From positions 216,442,001-216,506,000 of the forward strand of contig OZ024742.1 of assembly GCA_964016885.1 (NCBI GenBank): a stretch of DNA of 64,000 nucleotides, written 5' to 3'. How positions within the stretch are numbered: the stretch's first letter is position 1; each line of letters starts with the position of its first letter. Below, in pieces: positions 10,489-25,072 of this stretch. Made by a program: the position numbers and the translations under genes. This DNA comes from Eledone cirrhosa. Taxonomy: Eukaryota. The notes beneath the pieces are model-generated. The model saw nothing but the letters and a program-made list of their open reading frames with translations, was not told the DNA's origin and did not search any database.

Positions 10489-13475
10489 CTACAGGCTGAT
10501 ATAAAGAGAAGGCCCATTCGCTCGGGCCATTCTCGCCACTTTCACCCACCTATCCTAAAACTTGCTGGGGTAGAGCACCTCTCTCTCCATTCTGATCCTT
10601 CTTCTAAAATGGTACTTGAAAAAAAGGACTAGTTGTTGGCCGGAGAGAAAAGTGTCTGACCTCAGCCCTTTCAACCTCATCCACCATACAACCTCTTTGG
10701 CTAGCTCGTCTTCCTCCATGCCCAAAGCCTCTCCGAGAGCGTCGTCGCACTTGCTGCGCACCAACCCTCTATAGAATGTTGAGGTTGAGTCTCCACCGAT
10801 TGCCGGATCCGCTTGCCAGAGGGCTGTGAGCGCCTGGGCACATTCAATGTGCCAGTCGCCCATTTTTCTCAGTCTTTGCTTGACCCAGGATTGCAGCTCG
10901 GTGAGTGAGACGAGTCTCGGAAAGGCTCGCCTCACAAAAGAGGCCCACACCGGCTGACCGGTGAGGAATACCTGGAGGTGCCGTAGCCTAATGCATGTGT
11001 ACGCATCGTCATCCACAGCATCTCCAGCCCTCCGTTCGAAGGGTGTTGACAGCAGATGGATCTTCTCACCAAAGGGGCCCACTACTTCCAAAGGAATCGG
11101 AAGAGCGTGCGCTCCATTTTGGCGACCGTTTTCGCTGGGCAAGGCACGACGATCAAGCGGTAGTAGATGACGGACGCTATATAAGTGTTCGCCACCTCCG
11201 CTCGACCTTTCAGGGATAGTTTGCACTCGGCCCACTTCTGGGCCAGTGCAAACACCTTGCCTGTTACCTCTTCCCAGTTTTTCTCCACCTGGATGTCCTG
11301 TCCGAACCAGGCCCCCGAGCAGCTTCACCGGTCCCTCTGTCCAGCGTTCCGAGTTGCAAACCGACGGACTTGTCCCGGTTCTGTTTGGCTCCTGTAAACC
11401 TTTCGTATTCCTCCGATCTGCCCGATTTCCGAGGCGCACAACACCATTACTGTCACGTAATCGGCGTAGGCAGCTACCGCTTTCCGCAATCCCAGTTCCA
11501 AGAGGATTCCCTGTAACAGCTCCAACTTCCGCAGTAGTGGCTCGAGAGTCAGCACATACAGAAGGGAGGAGAGAGGTTATCCCTGTCGGATGGATCCCGT
11601 GATTTGGAACGGCTCTGAAAGGTAGCCGTTCACCTTGACCCTCGAGCAGGTGTTGCTGCTGTGCATTGCAGCAATTCAGCCCCTGAAAACCGGTCCGAAG
11701 CCTGCCGCCGCGAGCACCGCATCCAGGTACCGATAGTCGACCCTATCGAACGCCTTAGATTGATTCAAGTTGATCAGGGCCCCACCAAAGCCGGGTTCGT
11801 TCCCTACCCCTCTCTACGATGTATAGCATGAGGTGGAGGTTGTCGTGTATGGACCTGGACGGGATTGCGCATGTCTGCGCTTCTCCCACCAGGTTCCCGA
11901 CGACAAGCGCCAACCTCTTCGCTAACAACTTGGCCAAAATCTTTAACTCTGTGTTTCGCAGAGTTATGGGCCTGAAGTTATCTATGTCATCCCCCCTTGT
12001 TCTCGTCCTTCCTCACCAGCGTGACTACGCCCTTGGTCACAGAACTGGGAATTCTCCCGTTCTGTTGCCAGTTGCAATAGACCGCCTCGAGGAGGTTGGA
12101 GAACATGTCCGGCATCGCTACATAAAGTTCGTATGGTAGACCACCGAGACCGGGAGATTTGCGTTTGCGTTGGCCCAGCGCTTCCCCTATCTCAGCGGCT
12201 GAAATCGGCCTTTCGCAGGACTTCGCCTCCCCCTACGAGATCCGCGGCAGACCATCGAGGTATGGACCGAAATCCATGGCCTCACGCGTCCCGCCGCCCC
12301 TTCCGAACAGTCGTGCAAAGCGCCGTTGAAAGGTTCAAGAATGCGCTCGGGTCAAGGATCACGCTTCCATACTGGTCCTTCAAAGACTTGTTTCCACTTT
12401 TTGCCCCTGTCACTTGGGCCCCTCGTTACCCAGAGCACGTATTTTACTCCTGACAACGCAGCCATCGTGCTCGCGTCAAAGAACTGGTCTAGGGCCGTTC
12501 TTGACGCCAGCACGCCGGCCACGTTGCCACTTCTAATCGCCTCTTCTACCCTATCCATCAATTCCCTTTCAGGTCTATTCCTATCTGATGCTAATTCCTG
12601 ACTAAAACTTATCGATTCTATTCTAATTTCTCTCTTGAGATATCCCCACCACCTGCTGTTGACAATTGCCCCCGTCAAACGCTGCTTAACTAGAGTGCTA
12701 ATCCACCATACTGTAAGCTTTGTTTGTCGGTAAGGACAAGTTTAGCTTCCAGTAACCGGGTCCTTGTCTATGGATTCTATCAAGGTTGACCACTCCGGTC
12801 ACCAACTTGTGATCCGAATAGTCAACCATGAACATTCGTGGACAGCTTAATATGTCCTTATCCTTATTTCTAACTAGGTACGAACTAGATGTTCCGCTAC
12901 GATTAGACCACGTCCACAGTGGCACAGTCGGAAAAACTAGTCGATATCTATCGGCCAGATCAAATCGGCCGATTAACCGTTTGAGGCTGTTACACCCCCC
13001 TCTATCGGGACATGCCCCTACATAGTCCCAACGTGCATCAAGGATACCATTTCAGTCGCCCCACTAAACGCAAGGAGCAAGACGTTCCCTGAAAAGTCTC
13101 TAGGCGTTGGAAGAAATTCGGTCACTGTGTCCCAGATGGGGCATACGCCGCTACCAGCCAGAAGGCTCCACCTTCACTACTGCCGACGTCTAGAACCACC
13201 AGTTGGCCCTCCGGGTCCAGGTGTACCTTCCGTGTTGCGAGCCCCAGGTGTTTTCGCAGCAGAACGACCACCCCGCCCCACCCCCCGGCTGACAGAGAGA
13301 TACATAGATCTCAAAGTCGTCGAAGATGTAGCTAGTTGGTGCTCGCTGCTGATCCTGGACTCGCAAATAGCTATCACATCCATTCTGTGCGACCTGAGGT
13401 CATTTAAGAGTTTGCCCTGCTTCCAAGACATCCCCAACCGCGCACATTTAGACATCCAACTCTTATAACAGCCAT
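10489..13475 (-). pseudogene. Tx1 copy B ORF2, many frameshifts, C-terminal finger deleted
   Basis: Starts MAVIRVGCLNVRG. Contains YSDHKLV, GPGYWKLN, AQTCAIPSRSIHDN and AYADY. MEEDELA is joined directly to KEVVWW. Confidence 0.9.
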
Positions 13476-15342
13476 GTTGGTGGTGAAGAGTTTAGAGTGG
13501 AGAAAAAGTAAAATACACCTATCTGTCCTTCTCTTGGGTATCAGGCAGCACAATTTCCATTGGGGTGTCGGCGGGGTTGTTTGGTGGAGTGGTGGTTTGG
13601 GATGTGGTGGGGACATCACTGTGTGGTGAGGAGGGATGTATGGGGTGGTGGGGGGAGGGGTGTTTGGTGGCGGAGGGGTGTATGGGGTGGTGGTGGGGAA
13701 CATTTCAAGAGGACGCGGTTGCTAGGTCTAGTACAGGGGTTCCCCACGTCCTCGGGAAAGTTCTGTTTGAGCATTGCGTAGGTGTCCCTTGGGACCCTAA
13801 TCATTTTTAAATACGGTTTAGTTGCCGCGTTGGTGAACATTTTTCCTTCGGTTTCCATCGAAGGGTATTTGTCTATTGTTTGCACAAGTGTTTTGTTGTT
13901 TGGTCTTGATGTATGTATACTGTTTTTGTTGTGTTGTGTTTGTTTTTGTTTGTTGTTCTTGTGTGTGTTTGCGTTTTGTAGTATGTGTTATGTTTTCGGG
14001 TGGGGTGGGGTTTTTTTTGTTTGTGCTGGTGGCTGTGCGTTTGTTATATTTTTGTTGATGTGGTGCCTTCTTTTCTTTCTTTTTACCGGTTGAAAGGGTT
14101 CTCCCTCGTCGTCACTGGGTGACGTTGATAAGGGGTCCTCATCCGTTTTGTTGGGGAGAGGTATATTTTGGGGTTTGTTGTGGTTGCTTTTGTATTTGTT
14201 TTAGGTGGGGAGGGGTTGGGTGGGACAGTGTCTTGTGTTGTTATTTTTTCGTGTTGTTGTAGTTGTTGTGGTGGTGATGATGGTGGTTGTGTTGTTGTGT
14301 GCGGGGTGGGCAGAAGCGTCTTTTTTTTTTGGGGGGGGGGCATTTAAAAAGGGACAAGAAGCCTTCAGGTGACCACTTCTTGGACAGTGGTAGCATGAAG
14401 GCCGCCTGCCCTAAACAGAAATGTTTATGAAGGCTACTTCCTCCAGGGACACACGCTGCGGTATTCTTGCTATCCGTTCTGGGGTCATTTGGACCAGAAC
14501 TGCAAGGGTTTTGCCGCCGAATACACCTCCGGTGGATTCGTCTATCGAAAGGATTGTGTCCTCATCTTCTAAGAATCCCGTTAGCCCCCACCAAATGCTC
14601 CCATTTGGCCTGATGCCCGAGATTCTTATCTTTTGAGTTCTTTTCCCCAAATATGTCGGGAAAAAGGTGTATGCTTTGGATACAATTGGTGACACAGAAT
14701 ATTTCGGTGCCGCCAATTCATCTTGCATTAAAACAGATATGCTTCCATACAGTTTCCCTTTGTGTATGAAAGCGATATCCTTCCAGGCACTATTTAGGAC
14801 CAGCTCATTTTCGCTTTGGGACAATTGAGCCGGTTTCCTAGTCGTGTTCGAAACTGTCCTCAAAATTACAGTCCTGAGGACTGTGTCCCTTCTAATTTAT
14901 TCGGCGTAGGTAATTGTGAATTCCCCACCTTCCCCGAAACGTACACAATTCCTTGCTTCTTTCAGCAATTTCTTGGCATTCGAGATGTCCAGTGCCTTGT
15001 ATGTCTGCGTTTCTCCAACCGCCTGTGCGAAGGAGACTGCAGCTGTGGGTCCGTTTTCTGTCGAGTTGCTATCATTGTTGTTGTTGTTATTCGTGTTGGC
15101 ATGCTTTTTTCCTTTGTTGGTGTTGACATTATTGCTGTTGTTGGTTGTGTTGTTATTGTCATTGTTGTTCTTGTTTGTGTAATTGTTACTTTTGGGGTTT
15201 TCACCCATTTCCACAATTTTTCTTTTGATTCCGTGGTGTCTTTTGTGGGAGTGAGGAGGGAAGGCTTACAGCGTTGTGCTGCTACCTTCTCTCTATCACT
15301 TTCCTTGGGGGGCGTGGCATGCGTCATGTTAATGGCGTCCAT
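13476..15342 (-). pseudogene. Tx1 copy B ORF1
   Basis: Starts MDAINM. Intact CX2CX4HX4C knuckle GRRPSCYHCPRSGHLKASC near 14350-14410. RKPAQ and YGSISVL blocks are shared with copy A. Confidence 0.8.
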
Positions 15343-15545
15343 TGTCACTAAACGACTTTTTATCGATAACTTATAACTATCAAATTTCGCCCCAAAAAGG
15401 GGCGAAATTTATTTTACCCAACGTCTGCAGGCCCAGGCGAGGGTTAAACACAACAAATAATAAGTAGCTTAAACAAACCTACCGCTTCTCGTAATAAATT
15501 CCGACAAAATGCAGGAGCGAAACAAAAATACGTCTATCTTCTTCG

Positions 15546-15584
<39 letters not shown>

Positions 15585-15585
15585 C

Positions 15586-15673
<88 letters not shown>
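15546..15673. repeat. (GATA)n microsatellite at the 5' flank of Tx1 copy B
   Basis: About 32 GATA units with one GACA variant. Confidence 0.95.
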
Positions 15674-16160
15674 TACCAGATTTTGGCCGCTGGAATTCGC
15701 GATCGTATTCTTTCGGTCATTACGCAAGATACATGACCACGTGTGAGGTTTACCACGAATACCAAATTGAAGATAGCGAGTTTGGCTTTTATACCTACCC
15801 CGCTTATTCTGAATACTGTATGGTGAAGTTGGTGCATTACTACACCAGCTCCTGCAATTACTGCACCTAATTTATTCTCCTGCCTTCTATCACTCGTGAA
15901 AACGGCACAGAAATGCTTGAATGTCTCCACATGCTTCAGAGCAAATTCACTCACAAGTATAGGGCACTCTACAGGGTTATTTGAGAGCACAAGTGCCTCC
16001 ATCATCTCAGCACTGACTATCATTCCTATAATGCAGCACTTGGCAGCAAACCTATCAAGTGCCTGTCGGAGATCACCTTCTGATGAGTTACGTAGACTCA
16101 GGTTATCTGCAAATAGCAACCGACTTCAGGACAATAAGAAGCTGTCCGTGGATTCCATAC
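15674..16160 (-). mobile_element. RTE-clade LINE fragment (RT C-terminal part)
   Basis: [49 protein letters not shown]. Homologous to 19139-19720. Confidence 0.8.
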
Positions 16161-16202
16161 CTATATACATATATATGCATTTCTTTTCATGTATGTGTAT
16201 GA

Positions 16203-16254
<52 letters not shown>

Positions 16255-16280
16255 TCATATATGTGAGTGTGTGTGTGCAC

Positions 16281-16324
<44 letters not shown>

Positions 16325-16325
16325 T

Positions 16326-16362
16326 TCGTTTCTGAATTGGCAACATGACCCTCCCAAAGTAT

Positions 16363-16370
<8 letters not shown>
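16326..16370 (+). mobile_element. 45-bp internally deleted copy of the family A element
   Basis: tcgtttctgaat (as at 3513) fused to tggcaacatgaccctcccaaagtataacaatat (as at 4066-4098), inside (TA)n. Confidence 0.75.
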
Positions 16371-16405
<35 letters not shown>

Positions 16406-16416
16406 TATGTACACAT

Positions 16417-16482
<66 letters not shown>

Positions 16483-16487
16483 ACATA

Positions 16488-16537
<50 letters not shown>

Positions 16538-16542
16538 TATGT

Positions 16543-16638
<96 letters not shown>

Positions 16639-16719
16639 ATATATATATACACATACATATAGATATACATATATACATATATATATATACACATACATAT
16701 ATATATATATATATATGTA

Positions 16720-17139
<420 letters not shown>

Positions 17140-17549
17140 GTATATACATATATACACGGTACTTAGTTTCAATCTATACATATACAATGTATATTGACTA
17201 AGTTACTCAACAAGGAAAGTTCAATGAACATTAAGCTCACACCATAATTTATACAAATTTAAACGATATACTAAAAGTCTCTTTCATATATCTTGTTGAT
17301 AAACAACCAGTATCATGTATGTATATATAGAATGACAAATAATAAAAATGTAATCACTCATAGAAAGAATCAAACCAAAATTGTTTAAACTTCGTATAGA
17401 CAGCCGTTTCATGATACATTCCAGAATATGATAACTGTAATCGATCTGGTGGTTGGGCTCAATCACGAATCATCGACAATAGTAACAAGCATCATCAAGT
17501 AAGTGCTTTAGGTCAGTAGGTGCTTTAGGTCTTACTATATATATCCCAC

Positions 17550-17840
17550 TTTGTACATTAACTAATCTACGAAGTAAGACGATCGAATTAAAACAATGTC
17601 TTCCGAGATACTTGAACTTCTCTACCTGCTTCAGTGGAATTCCATTCACATGTAGCGTGCACTGCGTCGAAGAAGTGTCTCAGTTTTCGAAGCACTGATT
17701 TTCATTCCAACCATGTAGCACTCGGCACAAACCTATTGAGTGCAAGTCAGAGATCACCTAATGCATTAAATGTTTCGGAGGCAAATTTGTTGAGTTTCAT
17801 GAAAAATTTGATCGCGTTCGATATTTTCCTGCATTGAAAT
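17550..17840 (-). mobile_element. Mariner-type transposase N-terminal relic
   Basis: Minus-strand MQENIE..AIKFFMKLNKFASETFNAL resembles the mariner N-terminal HTH start. Frameshifted. Confidence 0.5.
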
Positions 17841-17918
17841 CGTAACAGAGGTCATAACTAACACGCATACATAGATCAACGAAGCATTGCGTTACCATGT
17901 CATACATAGGAATATCAA

Positions 17919-17969
<51 letters not shown>

Positions 17970-19082
17970 GGAGATTCGTGTTGATGCCCCTTATTACTTA
18001 AAGATGATGTCCGTCAAATTCAACTCCTACAGTGTAGTTTTTACATGCTCAAAGTCCTACAATCCTACCGACTTCATTATAATGCAGAGGTATATTTTCT
18101 GGCATATGCGACTAAAATGTCTTTGCCGTGCGTCAAAGGTAATTGAAAAACTGTATATTAGTATGTTTTCGTATATTTGTTGATGTCTGTAAGTATACGC
18201 GTATATTTTGGACGAATTCCTGTGTGAATATGACATATATCTCTATTATGTAGACATTTGTATTCGTGTACCTTTTTACATGAGTATATTTGTCAGTATG
18301 ATTCTATATAAACATACAGATATGTTTTTGTGTATATTATATGGAGATTTTGCAATAAGATGATTGAATATAGTTCACATTCTAGAAAGCTTTGATGTGT
18401 TCATATGAGAAAATCTATCTGCTTTCTTCTCGACCCACTCTCTTTCTGTCTTTCTTTCTCATTATCACTCATTTTAAATATATATACATATGTCTGTAAG
18501 TGTGAATGTCTGTGCATACATATATTTGCGTGTGTTTATATGTATGTACATAAATACTCACAGGCACAGACACACACTCACACTCAGACACACATATTAA
18601 ATATATATACATATAGTCTTATATATATATATACGTGTATTTACGTACAATTGGCCTTCACCGATTCCGATTGTAATTAATTTGCATTTGCTATATTGAT
18701 TATTGACTCTCAAAGGGATACATTATTGATATGTTTTCATGTTTTTCTTCAAATTTAATGTTTGGAAGTCATATTTACATTTCAGAATCTCTTTATTTTT
18801 TTCTTTCTTGTACGCAATTAACGATATAGCCAGCATATAGACTATGCTGGGATTTTACACAGATTTCGTAAATTACTTAAGACAAACTCATACATAGATA
18901 TTCCTCTATACATTTGCTAATATAATAGAAGAGGGAAACGTAACCAGATGAATATATATGTGTGCTTCAATGAAGATATTCCTCATTTGTATTTGTCTTT
19001 CGTATTCGTCTCGAATTTTATATGAGGATGCCACTAGCGATGATTTAATAGGTTACTACTGTTAGCATTTAATATCCACCAC

Positions 19083-19136
<54 letters not shown>

Positions 19137-19138
<2 letters not shown>

Positions 19139-19725
19139 TCTTCTTTGTTCACATATTCCTATGTGGGTCGTGGGGGAAGAGTCCTAAAACAATCCTTCCA
19201 GCGGGTCTTTTCAGAAGCAACCATCTCCAACTGATCTGGCTGGATCCCCAGGCGACACCAGCTAAGCTAGTGGATGTTATGCAGCCATCTTGCTCGGAGT
19301 CTGCCTATGGATCTCTAGCCGGTTGGTTTGGCCCGTAAAATCTGTCCAGCGATTCTTTCCTGAGATATTCTAACCTCGTGCCCGTAGTTCGTTGTTGTGA
19401 GCTCTCAATTCGGAAAAGTAGCGGCTCTACCTTGTGTGAGTTTCTGATCACAGAGCTGTCCAATCGATCGAAAAACGTTACTCCAAAGATCCTTCGGCTG
19501 AACCCCTTTTTGGCCGCTTGTATACGTGATCGTTTTCTTTCTGTTATTACCCAAGACACATGACTATAGGCAAGGATTGGTATGTATACCGAATCGAAGG
19601 TAGCAAGAGTGGCTTTTACACCTACTTCTCTTCTGCTGATTACCGAATGCTGAATCTGGATGAGTGTTGTACCAGCTCCTGCAATTCTTGCACATAATTC
19701 AACCCTCTACCTTCCATCACTGCGA
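19137..19725 (-). mobile_element. RTE LINE 3' end
   Basis: SWVITERKRSRIQAAKKGFSRRIFGVT..VEPLLFRIESSQQR, with a 3' end at gaagaag next to (TA)n. Confidence 0.8.
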
Positions 19726-20376
19726 TTCTTCATGCTTGCTTGTACTATGGCTAAAGTTCAGGCATGGGAGGACTTTGGGGTTAAGCTAGAATCCGACCTC
19801 AGATTCACAAATAAAGAGTTCTGGCAGAACATCCACTGACGTTGTAATAAGAAGCCCTCCTCCACACCTCCTATCAGGTGACTTCTGGAGCTCTCCTCTT
19901 TTCAGAGAGGTGCATACTGAAGAGGTGGAGAGAATACTTTGCTGATCTCCTAAACCCGATCACAACAACATATTCTGATATACAGGATGCGCAAATGAGA
20001 GCAGTGACTAATCTCTCGGAGTTTGAGATTATAAGAGCGGTTAAAGAGCCAACATGTGGCGAGGCTGCTTAGGAAGATGAAATCCGGCCCGAGATGTTAA
20101 AAGCCTTAAATAGAGAAGGTATTCTCTGGGTGACTTGTGTGTGCCAGTTGGCCTAGATATCTGGAAAGGCTCCTTAGCAATGGCAATCGGAAGTGATAAT
20201 CCCGAATTTCAAAAAAGGAGACTAGAGAGATTTTCAGAATTACAGAGGGATCTCCTTGTTCAGTCAACAGTCAACTCTATGCCAAGTGTCTGGCAAAGAG
20301 ATGCTGGGAGATTGTCGAGTCCAAGCTAGCTGATGAATTGTGTGGTTTTCGCCTGCGACGCAGCACGAGAAATCAG
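19726..20376 (+). mobile_element. RTE LINE internal fragment, inverted relative to the adjacent 3' end
   Basis: ILKRWREYFADLLNP, GEAA*EDEIRPEMLKAL, PNFKK, NYRGISL, DE.CGFR..RSTRNQ. Confidence 0.8.
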
Positions 20377-20380
20377 GGGA

Positions 20381-20478
<98 letters not shown>

Positions 20479-22275
20479 AAGTGTAGGTTTGTATTAATGT
20501 ATTTGGCTAATTTTAACACAGCTCTATATCCGAAATGCATTGAAAATTTTTTTCTTAAGAAATATTTTATTAAATAAGGATGATCTATTGGGATATTTTT
20601 CAAAATAATTGAGAATAGAAACTTGTTTTGTTGTAATGTATTTGGCAATCAAAACTTTGCTAAATACTTTAGAATGATTTTTCTTACATGCGTTGGGAAA
20701 TATTTTGACGTATGAGTTGTTGATTATTAGAGTGTTTCACATACTGCTTTTTTCATATCTTCATTTCTAAAACTCCAAAACCCATAAACTATCAACCTTC
20801 TTTACCCGAATGATTCAAAGTATGCACTAAATCATTCCCAAAAATGTTTAAACAAACATTTATTCCCCTCTTCTGTCCTTCACGCGTTCTACTTACTTTG
20901 AAATACAACTAAAAAATCTCCTTTTCCTGCTTCTTCTACACTAAATTTTATTGACATCGTTCACTTCGAAATTTCAAAGGGACATTTACTTTATATCATC
21001 TTTTATCATCCCGGTATCCTTTGTTTGTATATAATTTCTATTTTTCTATTTAGATTGTTTCAACGCAACTGTGTCTTTATAATTGAAGTTATGTGTTATT
21101 GTTTATAAGGAATGTCGAACCTGTAACCTTCTGGGATCATCTTACGAATAATAATTAGACAATTAAGAAAAGTTTTGTATCAGTTGGAAACAGTTAATAC
21201 ATCTTCTGTGCAAAATATACACATTAAGATTATAAAATATAGCCACTACATGAAATAGTCATTAGGTAGATCATTTGTAATTCATTTTTATTATCGAGAT
21301 TTTCAGTAGATATAGCTAATTATTATTTTATGTATAGATCTGTTAGAGATAGGGTCAAAATGAGACAGTAATTAGAAAGGCTGCTTTATAATATCAGAAG
21401 CAATAAAAGGAAAAATAATTTAATTATAATCCGTGAACTAATGGGGATAAATATTTTAGGTCTTGGTAATTAAATAGATAACAACTTTTTTGTTTGTGCA
21501 AATATAAATTTTAGACAATTGGTAATGTGCGAATGCTTCAGTTTCAGAGTTCGCATTACCTTATTGGTAAAACACATTTACCCAATTCGAACTTTATAGT
21601 ATTAGTTTCGTTTAAGAAGTATAATATCAAGACTTATGTTTACACAAGAGAATGAAATAAACTAAGCGAAGAAAAAACCATATATCCGAGAATGTTTACA
21701 ATATTACGACATATTGTATTTTCATGTAGATGTAACGTACGGATTTTTTAATCCAAACTTTCAGCTAGATGTTTCCTTATGAAATTGAATAGATTTCAAC
21801 AGCATCTGTCCTACTTTTATTCGGCTTGACAATGATCGATGTCGACAACATTGAACCGAACAAATTTCGACAATAAATCAGCTTTTCGTTAAGCATACTA
21901 TCATTATGATTTACTCAATCTATTATCTAGATATCAAATCACAAACAATCTTAGCGTTCGGTCAACAGAAAAACAAACTCTGTCAAGTAAATATCAGCAA
22001 GGTACATATGTGTCAACATCTGCAGAAATCAATACAATTTGAAAGAAACTAAGTGCAGCTATTCGTCACAATATGTAATGTTATTTTTCAAGCAATCAAA
22101 AACCATATATTTAATGATGGAAAACTATTTATATAACCATCCCAGACATTTCGACACACCATATTACGGCGACAATACTGTGTGGATGAAATAGCATTCA
22201 TATTTTTTTATACTGAAAAACATCGTATTCAAACATGAACGGTGATTGAATAATTTACATTGCATTAAATATAAC

Positions 22276-22376
<101 letters not shown>

Positions 22377-24859
22377 ATTTGGTTGTATGTATGTGTGTGT
22401 TTGTTTGTATGTATGTGTGTATTTTAGATTTGAAAAGTGCCAATATAATGTAATCAATCAACACAAATGTTGATTACATATGCTATAGAGACAACATCAT
22501 AACGGAACATATAAGAAAACCCAAAAAAGTTGGCATATTTTAAAGATGTGTTTGTTTGATTATATTGGACATAGGATATAATTTAAAAGAAAAAGCAGGC
22601 CGCTAAAAGCGTTCTAAATTTACATTGAGGTACTACTCTTTATGATCATAGAAATCACAAGAGAATAACCACTTCGGTTTACCGATTGACACCATACACC
22701 ATGTACTGATAAGACTGATAGACTAATGGCTGTTGAACATTGACAAGAAGATTGCATTACACCGTATTATTTACAACGTGATATTCGAAACAAAAATGGC
22801 AGCCTTTGTTGGCACTGTGTCTGGCACGCTAAGCCAACGATGTCCGTAAAGGGAAATTTTCGACACTGACATGCATTCATATTTGAATATATATCAGCAC
22901 CGAGTTAATTTACACCATATCTGTGCCAGTAAGTTTGAATTACGTATGTTTACATATGCGCCAACTGCATGTAAAACGGTGTTAGATTCGTGTTTGAAAA
23001 TCAAATCCGCTCTTAATGTAACTTGAATTATACACTCTAGAGTGGCAGTCTACTTCTCCTTACATTGTAACATTGTGTATTTGAACGATAAATTATTTGA
23101 AGACATGTATGTTAAATCCATATATAATTGAATGTCAGACCTCTTAGCTATCTCTGTGTGTATTTTAATGTCATTCGAGGTTCAGTAACCTTTTTTCAAT
23201 TATACAACATTCGAATCAGTTTATAATATATTTAACGTCTTTTTTAAAATATTTTGAACAAAAATAGTAAATACATTCTTTATATAAAATGTTAAAACTT
23301 ATTGTGAATATAGGCGATGTATAATGTAAATGTAATTTATACATATTTCAGCAACCTATGCACTCTATACACATCTACGGTTAGAATAAAAGCAGATTAC
23401 TTAGATTTACATATTCGTAATATTTTTAACATGATGGTAGGGCGAGGGTATTTTCGGTGATCATATTTTAATCAGTTTGTCTAAATATACATTTTCAATG
23501 GATTTCGTATTATATAGTCAAATATTTGTTTATGTAGCGAACTGGTATACTAAATATATATATACACATGTGTTTGTGTGTGTGTGTGTGAGAGAGAGAG
23601 GGGCTAATAATCCAAGAGAGACACGGAACGTTTGAGAGGGTTACACGATAAAGAGTGGAGATTCCCAAACCTATCCATAAGCCCTAGGTGCTGTTAAATG
23701 GGAAGATGTTTTATTTTTCATGTACCATATCATGGTTCTTTGATGAAAAGTAGTTTCATAATCAATTTGATGGGATTACAATTCTAGAGTGGATCCATGC
23801 GAGTGTTATAAATTCAGAATGTAGATTTGTCTTGTAGAATAGCTCGAAGCAACTTGGATCATATTCAGAAGGGTTTCTAGATCTATTTAACATTGTGTTT
23901 AAATTTCTGTATCTATTGTCAGTCTATATTTGATTCTTAATCCGATTATTGTTGCAGTTTCCCTGTCTAGATCGGACTTGAAACAACAGATTTATTGTTA
24001 AAACATGGTTGGGTTAACAAAGAGTTATAATACGTATGTAGATCTAGATGTGCTTATATACTGAACTTCTAGAGAAACACTCCGTGATGCTGTGGTTATT
24101 TTTCTTGCTGTTTACGTACGTTTACTCTGATTAAACACCCCGAAATACTCAAGTCGTGGTCATTCCATCCTTTTTCACACAGAGTTCTCTCATGACCATA
24201 TTATCCAATGATCCTTTTTTTTTTTTTTAACATAGGAAGGTATTATTTGGGGGAGCGATTTCGTAAATATCTCACTAAAATATACAGACATATAATATGC
24301 CTCATATTTATAGTATATTAAATAACATTCAACACACTCTCCTGAGAAGTAACACAAACACATATAGGAAAAATATAAATTCGAATTGATTTTCCAGCTT
24401 CAGCTAGAGAAAACTTTACTTGAAATCCACGAGGTTAACATTTGAACGTCAATCACATTGGAAGCCTGAGGTATATAAAACAAATGTTTCGATTATCTAT
24501 AAGGATCGGTAACGAGTACGGTCTGGGGTTTAAAACAAAATATACCGATTCTACATATAACAAGATAAAATTTAGAAAAATGCTATCAACATACTATATA
24601 GGGCTTATACATTTTTTCTTACACATAGCCACTTTGTAATATTACCATAACTTGTTGTGTTGAGCTATACTGCTCATGTTTGTTCTTTACAGCTAACTAT
24701 ACTGGACAGTTGAATATTTGCTACCTTTGACAAAAGACGAGCATTGTTCCAGTGATGATATAAGAACCATGGATGCTCTTAGGCTAGCAACTGTGCGATG
24801 TTCTTATTCCCAAAGAATATTGACATTGAAAATTTTGCAAGATGGTAATGATATCGACA

Positions 24860-25072
24860 GCAGTGGATTCGCAGTATCGATAGAATGTCAGACAGCATGT
24901 TTTGCGGCATATAGTTACGCCCCTTTACGTTCTGAGTTCAAATCCCGTCGAGGTTAGTTTCGCATTTTGTATTTATGAGGTTGATAAGATAAAGTATTAG
25001 TAACGCAATGGGATCGATTTAATTGATTTCCACCTTCACTTCGAATTGCTGACCTTGTGCCAAATGTAAAAA
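24860..25072 (+). mobile_element. tRNA-derived SINE family 1, diverged
   Basis: gtggattcgcagtatcg...ctgagttcaaatcccgtcgagg...gaccttgtgcc. Confidence 0.75.

Larger units (their letters stand above)
10251..15545 (-). mobile_element. Full-length Tx1/L1-clade non-LTR retrotransposon, copy B (degenerate, different subfamily)
   Basis: Same architecture and 3' terminus (GTGGCAAATAAATAGAAA) as copy A, with GATA units on both sides. Confidence 0.92.

Noticed and set aside
16080-16105. CTGATGAGT..ACTC hammerhead-like start
   Set aside because: No GAAA follows; it lies within antisense RTE coding sequence.
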